A DNA stretch of 64,000 nucleotides, from contig PS015016.1 in assembly GCA_048213135.1 (NCBI GenBank), positions 80,340 to 144,339 on the forward strand, read 5' to 3'. Numbering within the stretch: the first letter of the stretch is position 1; every line of letters starts with the position of its first letter. The notes under the pieces were generated by a model, which saw only the letters and a list, made by a program, of their open reading frames with translations, was not told the origin of the DNA and did no database searches. The translations under genes were made by a program, and so were the position numbers. Of this stretch, positions 50,201 to 63,900 are shown one piece after another. The DNA is from Reclinomonas americana ATCC 50394 (lineage: Eukaryota).

Positions 50201-53200
50201 GTCGATAGTCACTGTTGTTCTGTAGATTTTCTCGTGCAAGTGTTACAGGGTCAGAGTGAGAGCAAGGTTATTGTGTGGCTGGCTGCCATTATCAAGGTGT
50301 GTGTGCGACCTGTACATGTCTCTTTCATTGTGCATGCGCAACTCATTCTCGAGATGCGGACAGGACGAGCCAATGGTGCTCGACGCAGTGCCGCTTCGAT
50401 TCATTTGTCAGCTGGCCGTGCATGAACGGCTTGCTGTCGGCAGCTCGCGGTACGCATCCACCAGTCCACCAACTCCGTTGCTTCGGCAAACACGCTTGTC
50501 TCACGCGAGATATTTGTTACACAGCCGGCTCACTGATTCACTCGTGCGCGTGGTCAGTCGTCTACGCAGTCTCTTTCAGGTGTGCTGCTCTCCCGTCTTA
50601 TTTTTGCTACCCTCACTCTCTCATCGCGGTCCCTGAATCACCAGGTCCCGCCCACCGATGTGGAAAATACGGTGCTGTTGGACGAGATCATTGTCTATCT
50701 CTTCCAGGCGCTCTCGAATGGGTGCGTCGCGCACCGCAATTCTCTTGCGCTCTGGCTGTTGCTCTTGCTAACATCTCCCACAGCACGCGTTCTACGCGTC
50801 TGAACGTGAAGCTGATCATGACGCTCCTGTTCCTCTCGACTGTGTCGACCGAGAGTCTGGCTGAGAGTGCCGACATGCCACCGCCCACGCTTGATGTTGC
50901 GTCGTGTGCACACGCATGCATGCATTTTTCGTTTGGTCGTCAAGTGTCTTATGTCATGTGTACAGTGGCTGTCGGCCATGGCTCAGCACAGTGCGTGGCC
51001 TCGCGTCGGTCAAGCATGTGTGCAGCACTGCTTGGCCGCCTGTTCGGTCGAGTCGGATCGGGCCTCCTTGCAAACGCTGCTCGTGTTCGTGGTGGAGCAG
51101 CTTTCGATTTCGGATGCCGGCCCCGATGTGTGGATAGTGCGCTACTGTTTGTTAGTTGTATCAGGCAGCCGTTTCTCCATCCCTCACCCGGTTTCGTTGC
51201 TCGTACAGCTGTTCTTGACGGCGGTGTCGACAAGTTTGTGTGTCCGCCGCGAGCTTTCCCCGCAGGTCAACTCTGGCTTCTTCGCTGCCCTCATTCACCA
51301 CTTGGTCGTCAGCATTCAGTCTGGCCGTCTGCAGCTGGTGAGTGTGTCATTCGTCAGCAATGGGAGCGCATCTTCTCGGGAGAACTAAAGTACGCTCGCT
51401 TGATGCGCAGCCGGAGAGCGCGCCCGAGTCGCTACCGACGGTACACATTGGTGCTTCGGTGGTGCGACTGCCGGAGAAGGCGTGGGATGGCTTGTGTGCA
51501 GTGTTTGCTTCAGCCACCGACTCCACTGGCTTTGGCGGCACTCCTCTCCAATTCTTCACCGCTGCCGTCAGCTCGACAAACAGCCCTGCGTTCTTCAGCA
51601 TGCTGTCCCGTCGTCTTGTCGACGCTATCGACGAGCGACTTGCCGGGCTAGGTGAGTTAGTTGCAGTGCTGTCGCAACCTTGCGTGGCCTCGTCTATTGA
51701 CTCGCAAATGCGTAGCTCTGGCACATGCTCAAGCGGTCGACGTGTTGGATGCGCTGAATATGGCTCGCACTCCGCCGTTTGTGGACGCGTGCAGCAACGC
51801 GTTGCGCCAATTGGCTGGACAGCGCGACATTGTGTCGCTGCTGCTGCAGAGTGTTACCGAAGTGCGCGCGTCACCAGCAGTGCATCCGTTTATCCTGTCG
51901 CAGCTGGAGCAGTCGTCGGTCGAAGGTTCGGCAGATGTGTGTTCACCACCACGTCTTCCCTCTCTCTGTGTTTTAAGGAACGTGGGATTGTTGCGTAGCT
52001 GTGAGCACAGCAGCGAGGCTAGCCGCCGGGGAGCTGTTCGGCTCCAGCGGTCGTGTGGGCATTGCGGCTCAAGGCACCGTCGGTGTTCGGCGACGATTCA
52101 ACCTCACAAAAACTCCCAGTCGTCGTTGCGTAACGCCGCACACCGAGTCCTATGATGTAGTCCTACTTATTTGTGTGCCTCCCTTCACAGCGAGCGCCAA
52201 GGATGCGCTTCTCGAAGCGGTACGCCATTTGTCGCTGCGTGGATTCTCGCTTTTTCTCTTTCTCACTATACGTGTCCTCCGTCAGCGACGCGCCTCCTTT
52301 GCGGACGCCACCATGTTGCAGACTGGGCAGTTAACCGCGCGCACGCGACCACCGCACCACACGGCAGTGGCAAGTGCCACCGCTGCGCCAGTGCACATTT
52401 CTGCAGTGGTGGAGGAGAGCGTGCACTCGTCGGCAGCGTCCACCACGCGCCCATTCCGCATGCTGCTGCAACTCTCGGAGCAACTCATGCGAGAGCATAG
52501 CTCGTCGGCCACCGCAGCACACGTGCAAGCAGCTCTGACGCACATTGCTGAGCATGGTTGGAGGCACGCACTGCATCTGCGGAAAGTAATGTGTTGCTCA
52601 CACGGTCGCTCGCGTGCAGATGCTCTGGCCAGCTCCCCACGCCTCGTCTCCGTGCTGCTGGCGGCCATCGAACTGCTCAATCCGCATGACGTTACGGCAT
52701 CTGTTCAACGAGTACTGCCGGGTCTGGCTCGAGTTCCCGAGTTGCGACAGTTGACCTGCCTCCTGGTGCACTACATGGTGCACGCCACCAGTCCGGAGAG
52801 TGGAATCGAGCTGCTGCACCGCCTCTACGATCAACATGTTGCGTCGCGTCGCTCCGTACATTTCGTGTGCGCGATGTGCTGCTTATTCAACTCAATAGGC
52901 CTCTGGGCAACTGGTGCCGTGGGTTGTACTCGAGTTGTTGCACAACTTGATCACACGCTTCCTGTCCGAGTGCGTGATGGAGTACAAGACGAGAGCCATT
53001 GGCAGGTGCGCTTTCCACACCATTGTTTGTAACCCCCGCACTTGTATGCTGTGCGACACTGACGTGCGCACAATGTGCAGACCAAGTGCCTATGCGGCAA
53101 ACATGCTGACCCTTGTCCGACACGTGGTTCCCGCGTCGCGTGTGGATCAAGTGATTGCTTGCATTGTGCGCACGCCTTGTGTTCGCGTTCTATCCCGCGG

Positions 53201-55186
53201 ATCGCTTGCTCATTGTTTCTCATGTCTCCCGTCCGCCAGGTGAACACGGATGTGGAAGCGACTTCGTGGGATGTACTGCTGAAGGTTCTCATTACGGCAC
53301 GGACCACCACCGACCGCGTCCACGGCCATCGCGGCAGTGACGGTACGTGTGCATTCTTGTTGGCTTTTCTTGGTCGGTAAAGCCGATGAGTTGAATGTGT
53401 GTGTATGCGCGCGCGCGCTAGATGATCTGGAGTCGCGCCAAGTGTATGTCAGACGCTTGGTGGCCAGTCTGCTTCAACACGCACACGCGAGACACTTGGT
53501 ATGTTTTTTCTGTTCTTTGCATTACTCTCGTGTGCGTCTTGATGGTTTCGTGACGGGTTTCCTTCGCAGAAGAATGCCAAGGGTGCTGGTGATCACAACC
53601 TGAGGACGCTGCTGTCGTGGTTCCGCTCGAACTACACGCTAGAGACAGAGGGAGCATTGGCGGACCAGCATCTCTCAACCTCTCTTGTGCCGCACTTGCC
53701 TTCGGCTGCTACTGCGGTGTGTGTCTTGGGGCACAGGATGTAGCGTGTCAATGCCTGTTTGCTGACTTGCCGCGTGCACAGTTCGATGTGCAGGCACACC
53801 AACTGTGTCGACAGTTGGCTCAGGTGCACGAGCTGAACTCGCTCCCGTTTGCCACCCTTCGACAGCTGGCGCTGCATCACCCCGAGACGCTTCTCAGCTT
53901 CGCCCCACTGCTGCTGGCCTTCCTGCAAGTGTCACCAAACATGACGGCCGTCGAGTTCAACGAGGGCGGTCACATGCGTATCTACTTGCAGGTTCTGTAT
54001 ATCATGGTCGACTTGCGAGACACGCTGCTGGAGGTACGCGCGCTCTCGGGATTGATTCTACGTGTGGTGCCTGTGTCATTGAGTCCCGCATCATTTGTCG
54101 GTGCAGAACGAGGAAGTGCTGGTTGCAGTTCTCGACAAATTCATGGACACCGTGTCGGTGGCGCTGCACTGTTGCGTCGCAAAAGAGATAGGTACATACT
54201 CGTCTGCGGTGCTGACATTCGGCAATGGTAGCTCGAAATCGTGCAGAAATCGCCTTTGTGCCGCTGCTGAACAAGTTCTGCGAGTTCATCTGCTACGTGG
54301 CTGTGCGACGACCGCACTTGACGCGTGTCCATGCCGATCAACTGAGGTCTGCACTGCCTGTGCAGATGGCCGTCTCTCGTAATCTGAATGCCTGACTGTG
54401 TGATGTGCAGTCGACTGCGTGACTTGCTGTTGGATCAGCCGCGCATCTCCATGGCGTTCGAGTTGTGTCGCCGCAGCGCCGGAGCGTTTGATGTTGAAGC
54501 ACTGGACACTGTCACGTGGCAGCCAGATCGGTTGGAAGAGATTCAACGCACACTGCAACTCACCTCACCGGCAAGTTACGTAGCATTTCTCGCTATGACT
54601 CACACTGCACCGTGTGCTCTCCACGCTCACGTGATTTATTTTTTCATGCCATGCAGGTGACCACGAACGGTGCGAGTTGTTGGCGCAAGTGGATGCTCTC
54701 AGTATGGCGGCACCCGTGTTGCACGAGTTGATATGTCCAGTGGTGGCACCGCTGTGCCACAGCAGGCATCAGCGGACGCGTACTCTGACGTACAAGGTGC
54801 TGCGGCGCACACTCAACTTGTACCCGAGGTGAGGCGTCTCGCTGATCGAGCGTCGGTTGGAGTGCTTTCGTTCTCACCCCCCCTCTCTCTCCCTCCTCTT
54901 GTAGTTGTGCCACGATTGTCTTCCCTGCCTACCTGGCGGCATTCAAGTCCAGCCGACGTGCCGTACGAGACGACGCTCTGAGTGCAGCAGCCGATTTGTT
55001 CCCGTTCGCACAAGGTTGCGTGGTGTCGCGGCACACGTGCGTCACTTTCTCTTGCCTGTGGTTTCACCCCGCGCACACTGTGCAGAGTACTCGCGAGCGG
55101 TCGTGACCGAGTCCTTCAAGGTCGGCGACCGTGCCAACGACACAGTACGCCGCATGATATTGTCGACAATGGGCATCAAGCCATGA
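46166..55186 (+). CDS. INTS1: Integrator complex subunit 1, very intron-rich
   Basis: LLMRAFDTEPEWPLSFVSVYLEDLVGPQ|AWAD...FCRNIRTAF resembles the INTS1 N-terminal domain; LRQLALHHPETLL near the C-terminus; size fits. Confidence 0.85.
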
Positions 55187-55279
55187 CCACGGCAACAACA
55201 GTAACGATGCACACAGTCTATTGCGGGGCAGTAAAAAGATATAGAATAACACTCTCTAAGAACGGAGGAGGGGGAATGC

Positions 55280-56401
55280 TCATGAAGCCGCCTTTTGTGC
55301 ATCCTTTTCTTCCTTGTCTGCCTGCTGCTCTTTCACCATGCGCTTGATGGCCTGCCATATACACGTGAGTGCACGCATAGGGGACAGATACACACACAGC
55401 AAGCGCGTGCACGTTACCTCCGGCATGTAATTCTCATCGTGCTGCGGCGGAGAAGACGGCGCTTCAGAAAAACAGCAACACAAACGAGTAAATGCATGTC
55501 AACTCCTTCTCACCTTTGCCAAAACTTCACTGGCCTGGAAATGCCCCGGCCGGTCCATGACCCCGTCGACCACCACACTCTTTCCCTCACGGAACAGATC
55601 CGGCAGCATCCCGCTGCAACACGTCACGGTCAACAACAGTCACTTTCTCTCCTCTATCTCTTTCTGCAATCTCACCTGTACGACACCTGCGCAGCGCCAA
55701 ACGATGAATTGAGGAAAACACACCGTGGCAACAATCACACAGCAGAGCACAGCACTCACCTCGATCTCATTCTCGAGATCCGTCACCTGCACCAAGCAGC
55801 AGTGAGTGACAAGCAACCACCATCGACGCGACAAAGCACGCGAACCGTAAAGTCGATATTCATGCTCGTCGCCGAGTGCCGCACCGAGCCCTCCACGACC
55901 AGTCCACCCAAGCGGAACCGCTTCGCCTGATCGTCAGGCCGCTCCAGCGCCTAGCCGCCTTCATCAACACCAAATGCACACACACTCCTGCAGTAATACC
56001 AAGAAGCAAGTACGCGCACCTGCGTCGGCGTCAAGTAGAACGCCACGTTGTCTTCAAAGGCGTTGAGCATGAGGAAGATGCCGGTGCCGACGACTGATCG
56101 ATCAATCAGGAATGCATCACTCGTAACACACACTCTCTCTCACACACACACCAACAGACGCCGCGCCAGCGTACATGAACCGACGATTCTGGTTGCGTGA
56201 GGTCACGTTGACGGAGGCCGGTCCGCGCGGCGAAGACGCAGAGAAACTGCGCGGAGTGTGAGATGCAAATGTGCAAGTCAGATGCGTGTTTTCTTCGCAC
56301 CTCGGTGTCTTGCGTGCGCCTGGTGGTGGTGGTGGTGGTGGTGGTGGTGTTGACTGAGAGAACAGTCGCCGACCAGCGGCCCTCCACACGTGGAAGAACA
56401 T
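55280..56401 (-). CDS. ccmE: Cytochrome c maturation System I heme chaperone CcmE, nucleus-encoded, 8 introns, presequence-like N-terminus
   Basis: [68 protein letters not shown] (HxxxY heme site). Confidence 0.95.
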
Positions 56402-56630
56402 GTTGCAAGTGTTGTGACTGTGGAATTGCGGTCGACAGACGGAGTGGTGCAAGCTGCGTAGCGTGCAAGTGTGAGAATGGCTGTGCAGTTTCTGCGCAGT
56501 GACACCGTGGAGGGCGAGGAACTGGTGCGCTCACACACACGCAAAGAGAACGACTGACTCTGTTGTTGTTGTTGTTGTTGTCACTCATCTCTCTCTCGCT
56601 CTTTCGCGCGCTCTCTCTCGTGCTTGCATA

Positions 56631-56786
56631 GTTGTATTACCAGTACCCGCGTGCAGACACTGCCGAGTCGCGCATTCTGGAGAAGCTGAAGGGCGTGTTT
56701 CTGGCGGCGCGTAATGTGCACAAGGATTTCGCCAAAGATGAGGTGTGTGTGAGAGAGCATGCGAGAGAGAGAGAGAGAGAGAGAGA

Positions 56787-56859
<73 letters not shown>

Positions 56860-57624
56860 TAGTACGTAGNNNNNNNNNNNNNNNNNNNNCACCATGGAAG
56901 TATGTGGGTCGGCGTTTTTCGTGCACAACTGTCTGGTGGCACGCACCGACATCCGGTGTGAGGATTTGCACACGTTGGCCACCGTGTGCACCATCTACCA
57001 GGGTCCGTCGGCCCACCTCGACGCATTGTCCTTCGTCCTTTACGACCTGTGGGAGAGAAGGCGCAATCGGAGACGGTTGGTGTGCTTCTCGGACAGCTCG
57101 CAGAACTCGTTCATTATGCTGCGATTCCGTGGCAAAGTCCGCAAGTTGCGTGCGTTTCTTGTTCGCGGATTGCAGAAAATTGAGAGCACTCACCAGCACC
57201 GTGGGGCGACGCAGGACGGCCGAGATCGAGGACATGTTGTCGTCGTGGTTCACCAGCACGGGTCAGTCGATCATCGACATGTGTGACGGTATTCTGTTTG
57301 AGCGCAAGTGGAAGGTCTCTGTGCCGGCTGGTGGAGGTGGTGGCAGCGGCAGTGGCAGCGGTGGCGGTGGGGGAGGTGGTGGAGGAGGAGGTGGAAGCGG
57401 TGGAAGCGGATCGAGTGGCAAGGGAGCGCCAATGGCATCGCTGCCGTCGCTCTCCGAGGCGCGCGACTCGGTGGAGGTGGCGTCGCGCACGTTTGTGTGT
57501 GGCACGCCGTGCACGGATTTCTCGCCGGAGACGTTTGCACACGGCTACGTGCAGCTGGATGCCCTCTCGCGCAACCTGTACATTCCCATCGACCTGTTGC
57601 TGTCGTTGCAAGACAAGCTCGCTG
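56631..57624 (+). CDS. Hypothetical protein fragments between gaps
   Basis: Protein-like open frames with a Gly/Ser tract; splice structure not resolved. Confidence 0.4.
56762..56855. repeat. (GA)n microsatellite
   Basis: Near-perfect dinucleotide run. Confidence 0.95.
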
Positions 57625-57908
57625 GTGAGACACGCATGTGTTTCAGTACGCTTGTTTCTTCTCTTCTCTTGTGTTTTGACCCAGAGCATCTTGCAGGCGT
57701 GNNNNNNNNNNNNNNNNNNNNTTTACTTCAAAAGTGGTGCTGCTCGCGATCTCTCATTCCCTTTTGTTGCGCCGCTGCAGAATGGACATGTTCCTCCTGT
57801 AAAAGAAGTAGTAAATCATCCAACGCATGGCATAAAAGAACGTCGCACTTCGTCCCGCAGTACATCAACGGGACATCGCCGACTCAACGAGCCCTCATCG
57901 CTGCACCC

Positions 57909-60900
57909 ATGGACGATCTCCTGAAGCAGCGCCTGGAGGCAGTGCTCCACATTGCCCACCAGAAGAACTGCTCCATTGAACAGCTGTCAGCCGTACAGAA
58001 GGACTGGATCGAAGCCGGATGTGTGCAGGTGAGCTGCAGAGAGAGAGAGAAGAAGAGATACAGAGGGAGGGAGGAATGCACACCACCAGCGCACTCGGCA
58101 GAAGAACACGCAGTCGAAAAAGAGTGTGAAGCTGTCGCTCGTGCACATTCACATCAACGAGGCCATGTACGACACCGCGCTCATCCCGACTTGCGCGCCA
58201 GGTGGCCTCTCTGGAGGACGAAGCACGTGCATTGGACGCTATGGCTGAACTGCTGCTGCAGCCGTCGCTCACGCGTGTCGTGTTGGGTCAGTGTGCGCGG
58301 CCGTGGTTGCCGCTGTTGTGCGTGCGTCTGTGCTCGCGCCACCGACTGCCCTCCACTGCCGTGCTGTTGGCACTGACGGCCATTGTCCGCGATGCATCAC
58401 CATCTCGCACAGTGGAACGGTTTGCCGTCTGTGTAGGGAACCTGTGAGAGACAAGAAGAGGGAGTCCTGATTGATGATGATGATGATGATGCAGAGTTGT
58501 GTTGGACTTTTTCGAGAGCACTCCGCACGTGTCGGATCTCGTGGCACAGGCGCTTGCCGTGAATGATGTTGCGTGTGTGTCTGTTCTCTCTCTCCCTCTC
58601 TCTTCTCTACCTTCCATCTCGCTCATCGCGACACGGGCAGGAGACAAGTCTGATGGATCTGGTGACGGTGGCGCATCGGTGTGTGCAGTGGCACGCTTCG
58701 CACTTTGCCAGGCGATGGAACTGCGGTGTGTTCGTGCGACTGCTGGACCACCCAAATCCGCGTCTGCGTGTGCCTGCAGCTCGGATATGCCGTGCGTTGG
58801 GCTTTCTCAGTGCCGAGCAGCTGGTGGTCGCCACCAATCGCGACTCGGATCAGATTGACACCGCGTTTGTGGCGAGTGAGGTGGACGAAATGTTGAGTAG
58901 CTCGTATTGGCAGTTGGTGTCATGCCCTCAGGTTTCTCACGTGGTCGCACGACAGAGTGGAGCTGTCGGAATCGGTCGACAAGCTGGCCGTGTCGGAGAC
59001 GGGTGCCGACGATGCAGCCTCGTCGCAGTCGCTGCGCCAGCAGCTGGCGGTGCACATTGAGGGATCCTCGCAGCTGGTGTCTGTCGAAGGCGTTCCACTG
59101 TATCGCAAGAAGAGTGCTGCGTCGTCGGCTTCACATGCCAACAGGTGAGGTGTTTGTTGCTCGTCCTGATGGCGCACGGGAATACGGGTTGTGTGACACG
59201 ATGCGTGTTTTTGCACAGTTCATCGTTTGTGTCGACCGAGACGTCGGCGAGCAATCTGCGCATGCTGGCGCTGGCGGTGAATCGATCGAACGCAGTGTTG
59301 CTTCGCGGACCCGGTGGCTCCGGCAAGACGCTGCTGGTGGAGCACTTGGCTCATGTCACTGGCAATCATGGTGACTCACCTCCGTTTGTGTGTGCTCCCG
59401 CCAGAGTATGTGCTAACATGCACTTCAATCTATCCTTTTGTTGCGCTCAACAGACCTCATCCGCGTGAATCTTGACGACTCATTCGACGCAAAGGACCTG
59501 CTCGGCACGTACGTGTGCACGGAGACACCGGGTGAATTCAAATGGCAGCACGGTGCACTCACCAAGGTCGGTGCCTTGCACTCTTGCATTCCTTGTCATC
59601 ATTCTCTGCTCACCCTCATCGACACTGACAGGCGGCAGTGGAGGGCCGGTGGATTCTGATCGAGGACATTAATCTCGCCTCCTTCGACGTGCTCTCCATG
59701 TTGGTTCCCATTCTAGAATCGGGTGTGATGCGCATTCCCGGTAGTGATGAGGTGCACTACGCAATGAGCACGTGAGTGCGTATCGTGTTGATCCTCACCA
59801 GTGTGTGTGTTGTTTATTGTCACAGCCTGTTCCAGTTCATCAAGGCTTCACGATGTTGGCCACGGAGACGGCCGATGCGGGGCGCTTCAAGGGTCCGCTG
59901 TGGTGGTTTTCTTTTACGCAGCGCTTGTTTGTTTTGTGTGCACTCATTGCGTAAACTGTGTCGCGCAGAAATCCCCACGGACAAGTACTGGTGGCCGGTG
60001 TACGTGCAACAGATACCACCTGCTGAACTTCCCGATCTTGTCGCGCATCGTTATCCAGAAGTGCAGCTTGTAATTCCTCGTATGATTGGTGAGTGCATGC
60101 TGAGTGGAGAGGGAGAGAGAGACGTGATGTTGTTCACACAGAGTGTGTTTATTATATCTGTCTGCAGCCACGTACGAGTTGATGTGCCGCATGTCGGACA
60201 GCCGAGCGTGGAGCGTCGGCGGTCCGACGCCAGGTGACGATGGCAGTGCTGCGGCCGCAATGTCGCCGCTGCAGGGCACCGTCGCTCGCAGCATCTCGCG
60301 CACTTTTTCTTTGCGGTGCGTTCTTCCGTTCATGCTCCGCGCGCTGGCGGTTGCGGCTGCTCAGCTTAACATGCCGTGCCATGCTGCAGAGATCTGATGA
60401 AGTGGGCCAGTCGTGTGGCTCGCTTGCACATGTCGCATGGCGATGTGTCGTACGTGACAGAGGCGATGAAACAGGTGTGTGCGAGTTTGCCTCCGCCCCT
60501 CGCGCACCACAGTGCCTCTCGCTCACCAGCCGTGCAGGGTGTTTTGCTCGAGGTCATTGACTGCTTTGCCGGCATGATCAATCGATCAGAAGTGCGACAC
60601 CATCTGGCGCAGGCCGCTGGTCGCTTGTGGGATCTTGGCTCCGATCAAATCAGCTACTTGTTGTCGCAGCGCAAGCCGACGCTCTCGGTTCGTTTTTTCG
60701 ACAGTCTTCTGCATTGATTGTTTATTGGTTTGTCGACCGACCGCGTCGTGCACAGGTCGACAAGGGTCACGTACAAGTGGGTCGAGTGTTTCTGCCATCG
60801 CGCCGACCGGATGGACAGCTGTTGCCACCCTTTGCGCAGACCAAGCAGGCGTTGTTGTTGCTCGAGCGGCTGGCTGCGTGCACCTTTCTGCGTGAGCCGG

Positions 60901-63900
60901 TGCGTCTTCTCATCGCACCACGCCCTCTCACTTCATAAACATCACTCGCTCACTCCGACGTACTGCAGGTCCTGCTGACGGGCGAGACCGGCACCGGCAA
61001 AACTTCCATTGTACAGTACCTCGCGAGGCTCGTTGGAGCCAAGCTAATAGCACATAATCTTAATCAGGTAACACATGACTCGTTGTTTCCTCGCCTTCCT
61101 CGTCGGCGGTCTTGTCCTCTGAAATCATTGTCCCTCGCTTCATCGTGCAGCAAACCGACAGCNNNNNNNNNNNNNNNNNNNNTTTGCGAACCCTCACCCG
61201 CGCACTGCAGTATGCTGCTCTCTGCGTCAGCACATACGGTGTCGAGCGGGCGTTGTACGAGGGTATCTGCATGAGCTTCCTCACGCAGTTGGACGCGGCG
61301 AGCGCCACCATTCTGCTGGAGGTGATCCGACGACGCATCCTCTCTTCGTCTACGTCGGCGGCCCTGAGTCGACTGAGTCAGGCTCCGAGGTACGCGACTT
61401 GGCATCGATCCATATGCAGCTGATTCAGTTTTTCTGCGATACTCACTGTTGCTGTGCAGACCTCCGCAACCCGAAGGCTACGAGCTGTTCGAGTACTTTT
61501 GGTTGGAGCGCGGTCCGAGTGCAGTGGCCACCGAGGCCGATTTGGCGCGCTTCATCTTGACACCGTCGGTGCGCGATCGCTTGAAGAACATTGCGCGTGT
61601 CATCATGGCCAAGCGGTTCCCCATTTTGCTGCAAGTTTCGTTGTTGTCGTGGGGGTGTTGTGTCGTACTTGTGCTGAAGTCTATGTTGCATTCGCCAACC
61701 AGGGCCCCACAAGCAGTGGCAAGACCAGCATGATCGAGTACCTGGCCCGACGAACGGGCCACCACTTTGTTCGCATCAACAATCACGAAAACACCGACAT
61801 TCAGGAGTACTTTGGCCAGTATGTGTCGGATCCGACCACTGGCCACCTCGTGTTCCAGGACGGTGTGCTCGTCGAGGCAGTCAAGAAAGGGTGAGGCCGC
61901 CCGCATCGCCGTCGTCTTTTCGTACTCTACGCTCGTGTATTGACGAGCGATGCAGACACTGGCTTGTTCTGGACGAGCTCAATCTGGCGCCATCGGAGAT
62001 CCTCGAAGCGCTCAATCGGCTGCTGGATGACAATCGGGAACTGTTCATTCCCGACACGCAGGAGATTGTCCGTCCGCATCCCCAGTTCATGCTGTTTGCC
62101 ACCCAAAACCCACCAGGCTTGTACGGTGGTCGAAAGGTGTGTGGCCTGTGGAGCTTCGTTCGTTTGTGCATGTGTGGTGCTGATATTCTTGAGGCACGCA
62201 CCGCAGACTCTGTCACGAGCCTTCCGCAATCGCTTCCTGGAGATCCACGTGGATGACATCCCAACAGATGAGCTGGAGACCATCTTGCATCAGCGCTGCC
62301 TCATTCCCATGTCGTACGCCAAGAAGCTCGTGGAGGTGCGTCGTGACACGAGTAGGAGGGAGATCAGGAGCACCGTGAGGTAACATGCGGTTGTAACGTG
62401 CGCAGGTGATGAAGGAGTTGCAGAAGCGTCGCCAGGGCAGTCAGGTGTTTGCCGGACGGCATGGTTACATCACTCCGCGTGACCTGTTCCGCTGGGCCGA
62501 ACGTCGCTCTGCGTCCTACGATGCATTGGCACGCGAGGGCTACTGCATTCTGGCGGAACGGCTGCGTAAGGACGACGAGAAGGAGACTGTGAAAGTGTGT
62601 GACTGATTGTGTGTGTGACCGATGATGTAGTCTGAGCTCACCGACTCTTGTTGCCTCGTGCAGATGGTCATTGAGCAAGTGCTGCGCGTCAAGCTTGATG
62701 TCGACAAGATGTATTCGTGCGAAGACAACACCATGTTTGATGTGCTGGAGGAGAAGCTTCGATTGCATCCCAGTGGCGGTGCGTGCATCTGTCACCAGCA
62801 CACTTGTGCTTGAAGATCGGTGAGACTGAAGAAAACTTGTGTGCACTGCAGGTCTTCGCGGAATCGTGTGGACCAAGTCGATGAAGCGTCTCTTTTCGCT
62901 GGTCGGCACTTGCTTGAAACATAAGGTGTGTTCTCCGTGGTCTCTGCTTGCTTCACGCTGCAGCCGTGTATTGACATGACCGCTGCAGGAACCCGTACTG
63001 CTGGTTGGCGAAACCGGGTGCGGCAAGACCACTGTGTGCCAGCTGTACTCGATCCTGTTGGACCAGCCGCTGCACATTGTCAACTGTCACATGCACACGG
63101 AGACTGCCGATTTCCTCGGCGGGCTACGACCGGTGCGGCGGAGGGCGGCGATTGGAGCGGAACTTACCAGTGCCATTCGCTACTGTGTCGATCGGTGTGT
63201 TTGCGAGTAACCACTGAGTTTCGCTCCTTGCTTGCTTGCTCACGGTTACTGACTTCTCAGCAATGCCGCCGTGTTTGCCGACTGCGGAGTGAACTTGCCT
63301 CTTATCCACGACTCGCCTTCTGTGGACGCCACGCTGGAGGAGTTTGAGCGTTGCATGGCCAGCATCACGGAGGACATGGTGAGTGGTGTGATGTTGTAGG
63401 ACATGTTAGCACTCCTCACTGACGTACATGCAGCTGGTGTCGATTCCTGCACTGCGAACGCAGCTGGAGCACGTTCGGCGAGAGGCTGCACGCTACAAGG
63501 CTCTCTTCGCGTGGTACGATGGTCCCCTGGTGCAGGCCATGGTTCGCGGTGACATGTTGTTGGTCGACGAGATTTCCCTGGCCGAGGATGCTGTGCTGGA
63601 GCGCTTGAACAGTGTTCTCGATCCGAACCGCACAGTGCTTCTGTCGGAGAAGGGTGGCGCGGCGTTGTCAGAGGTACAGGCGCACTCGGACTTCCGCATA
63701 CTGGCCACCATGAACCCCGGCGGCGACTTTGGCAAGAAGGAGCTGTCGCCGGCGTTGCGCAGTCGCTTCACCGAAATCTACGTGCCGGCGTTTTCATTCC
63801 AGGAGGACTTTGCCGTCATCATTGCTGCTCGCCTATGCGATGTCGAGTTGGCACTCCTCGCACCGTGCATGGTGGCGTTTTTCGAGTGGTGCTGGAGTGA

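Noticed and set aside
54571-54576. Possible GC donor (GCAAGT) in INTS1
   Set aside because: The downstream frame requires the phase-1 GTTACGT donor at 54575
61163-61182. Apparent internal deletion in midasin AAA2
   Set aside because: Assembly gap
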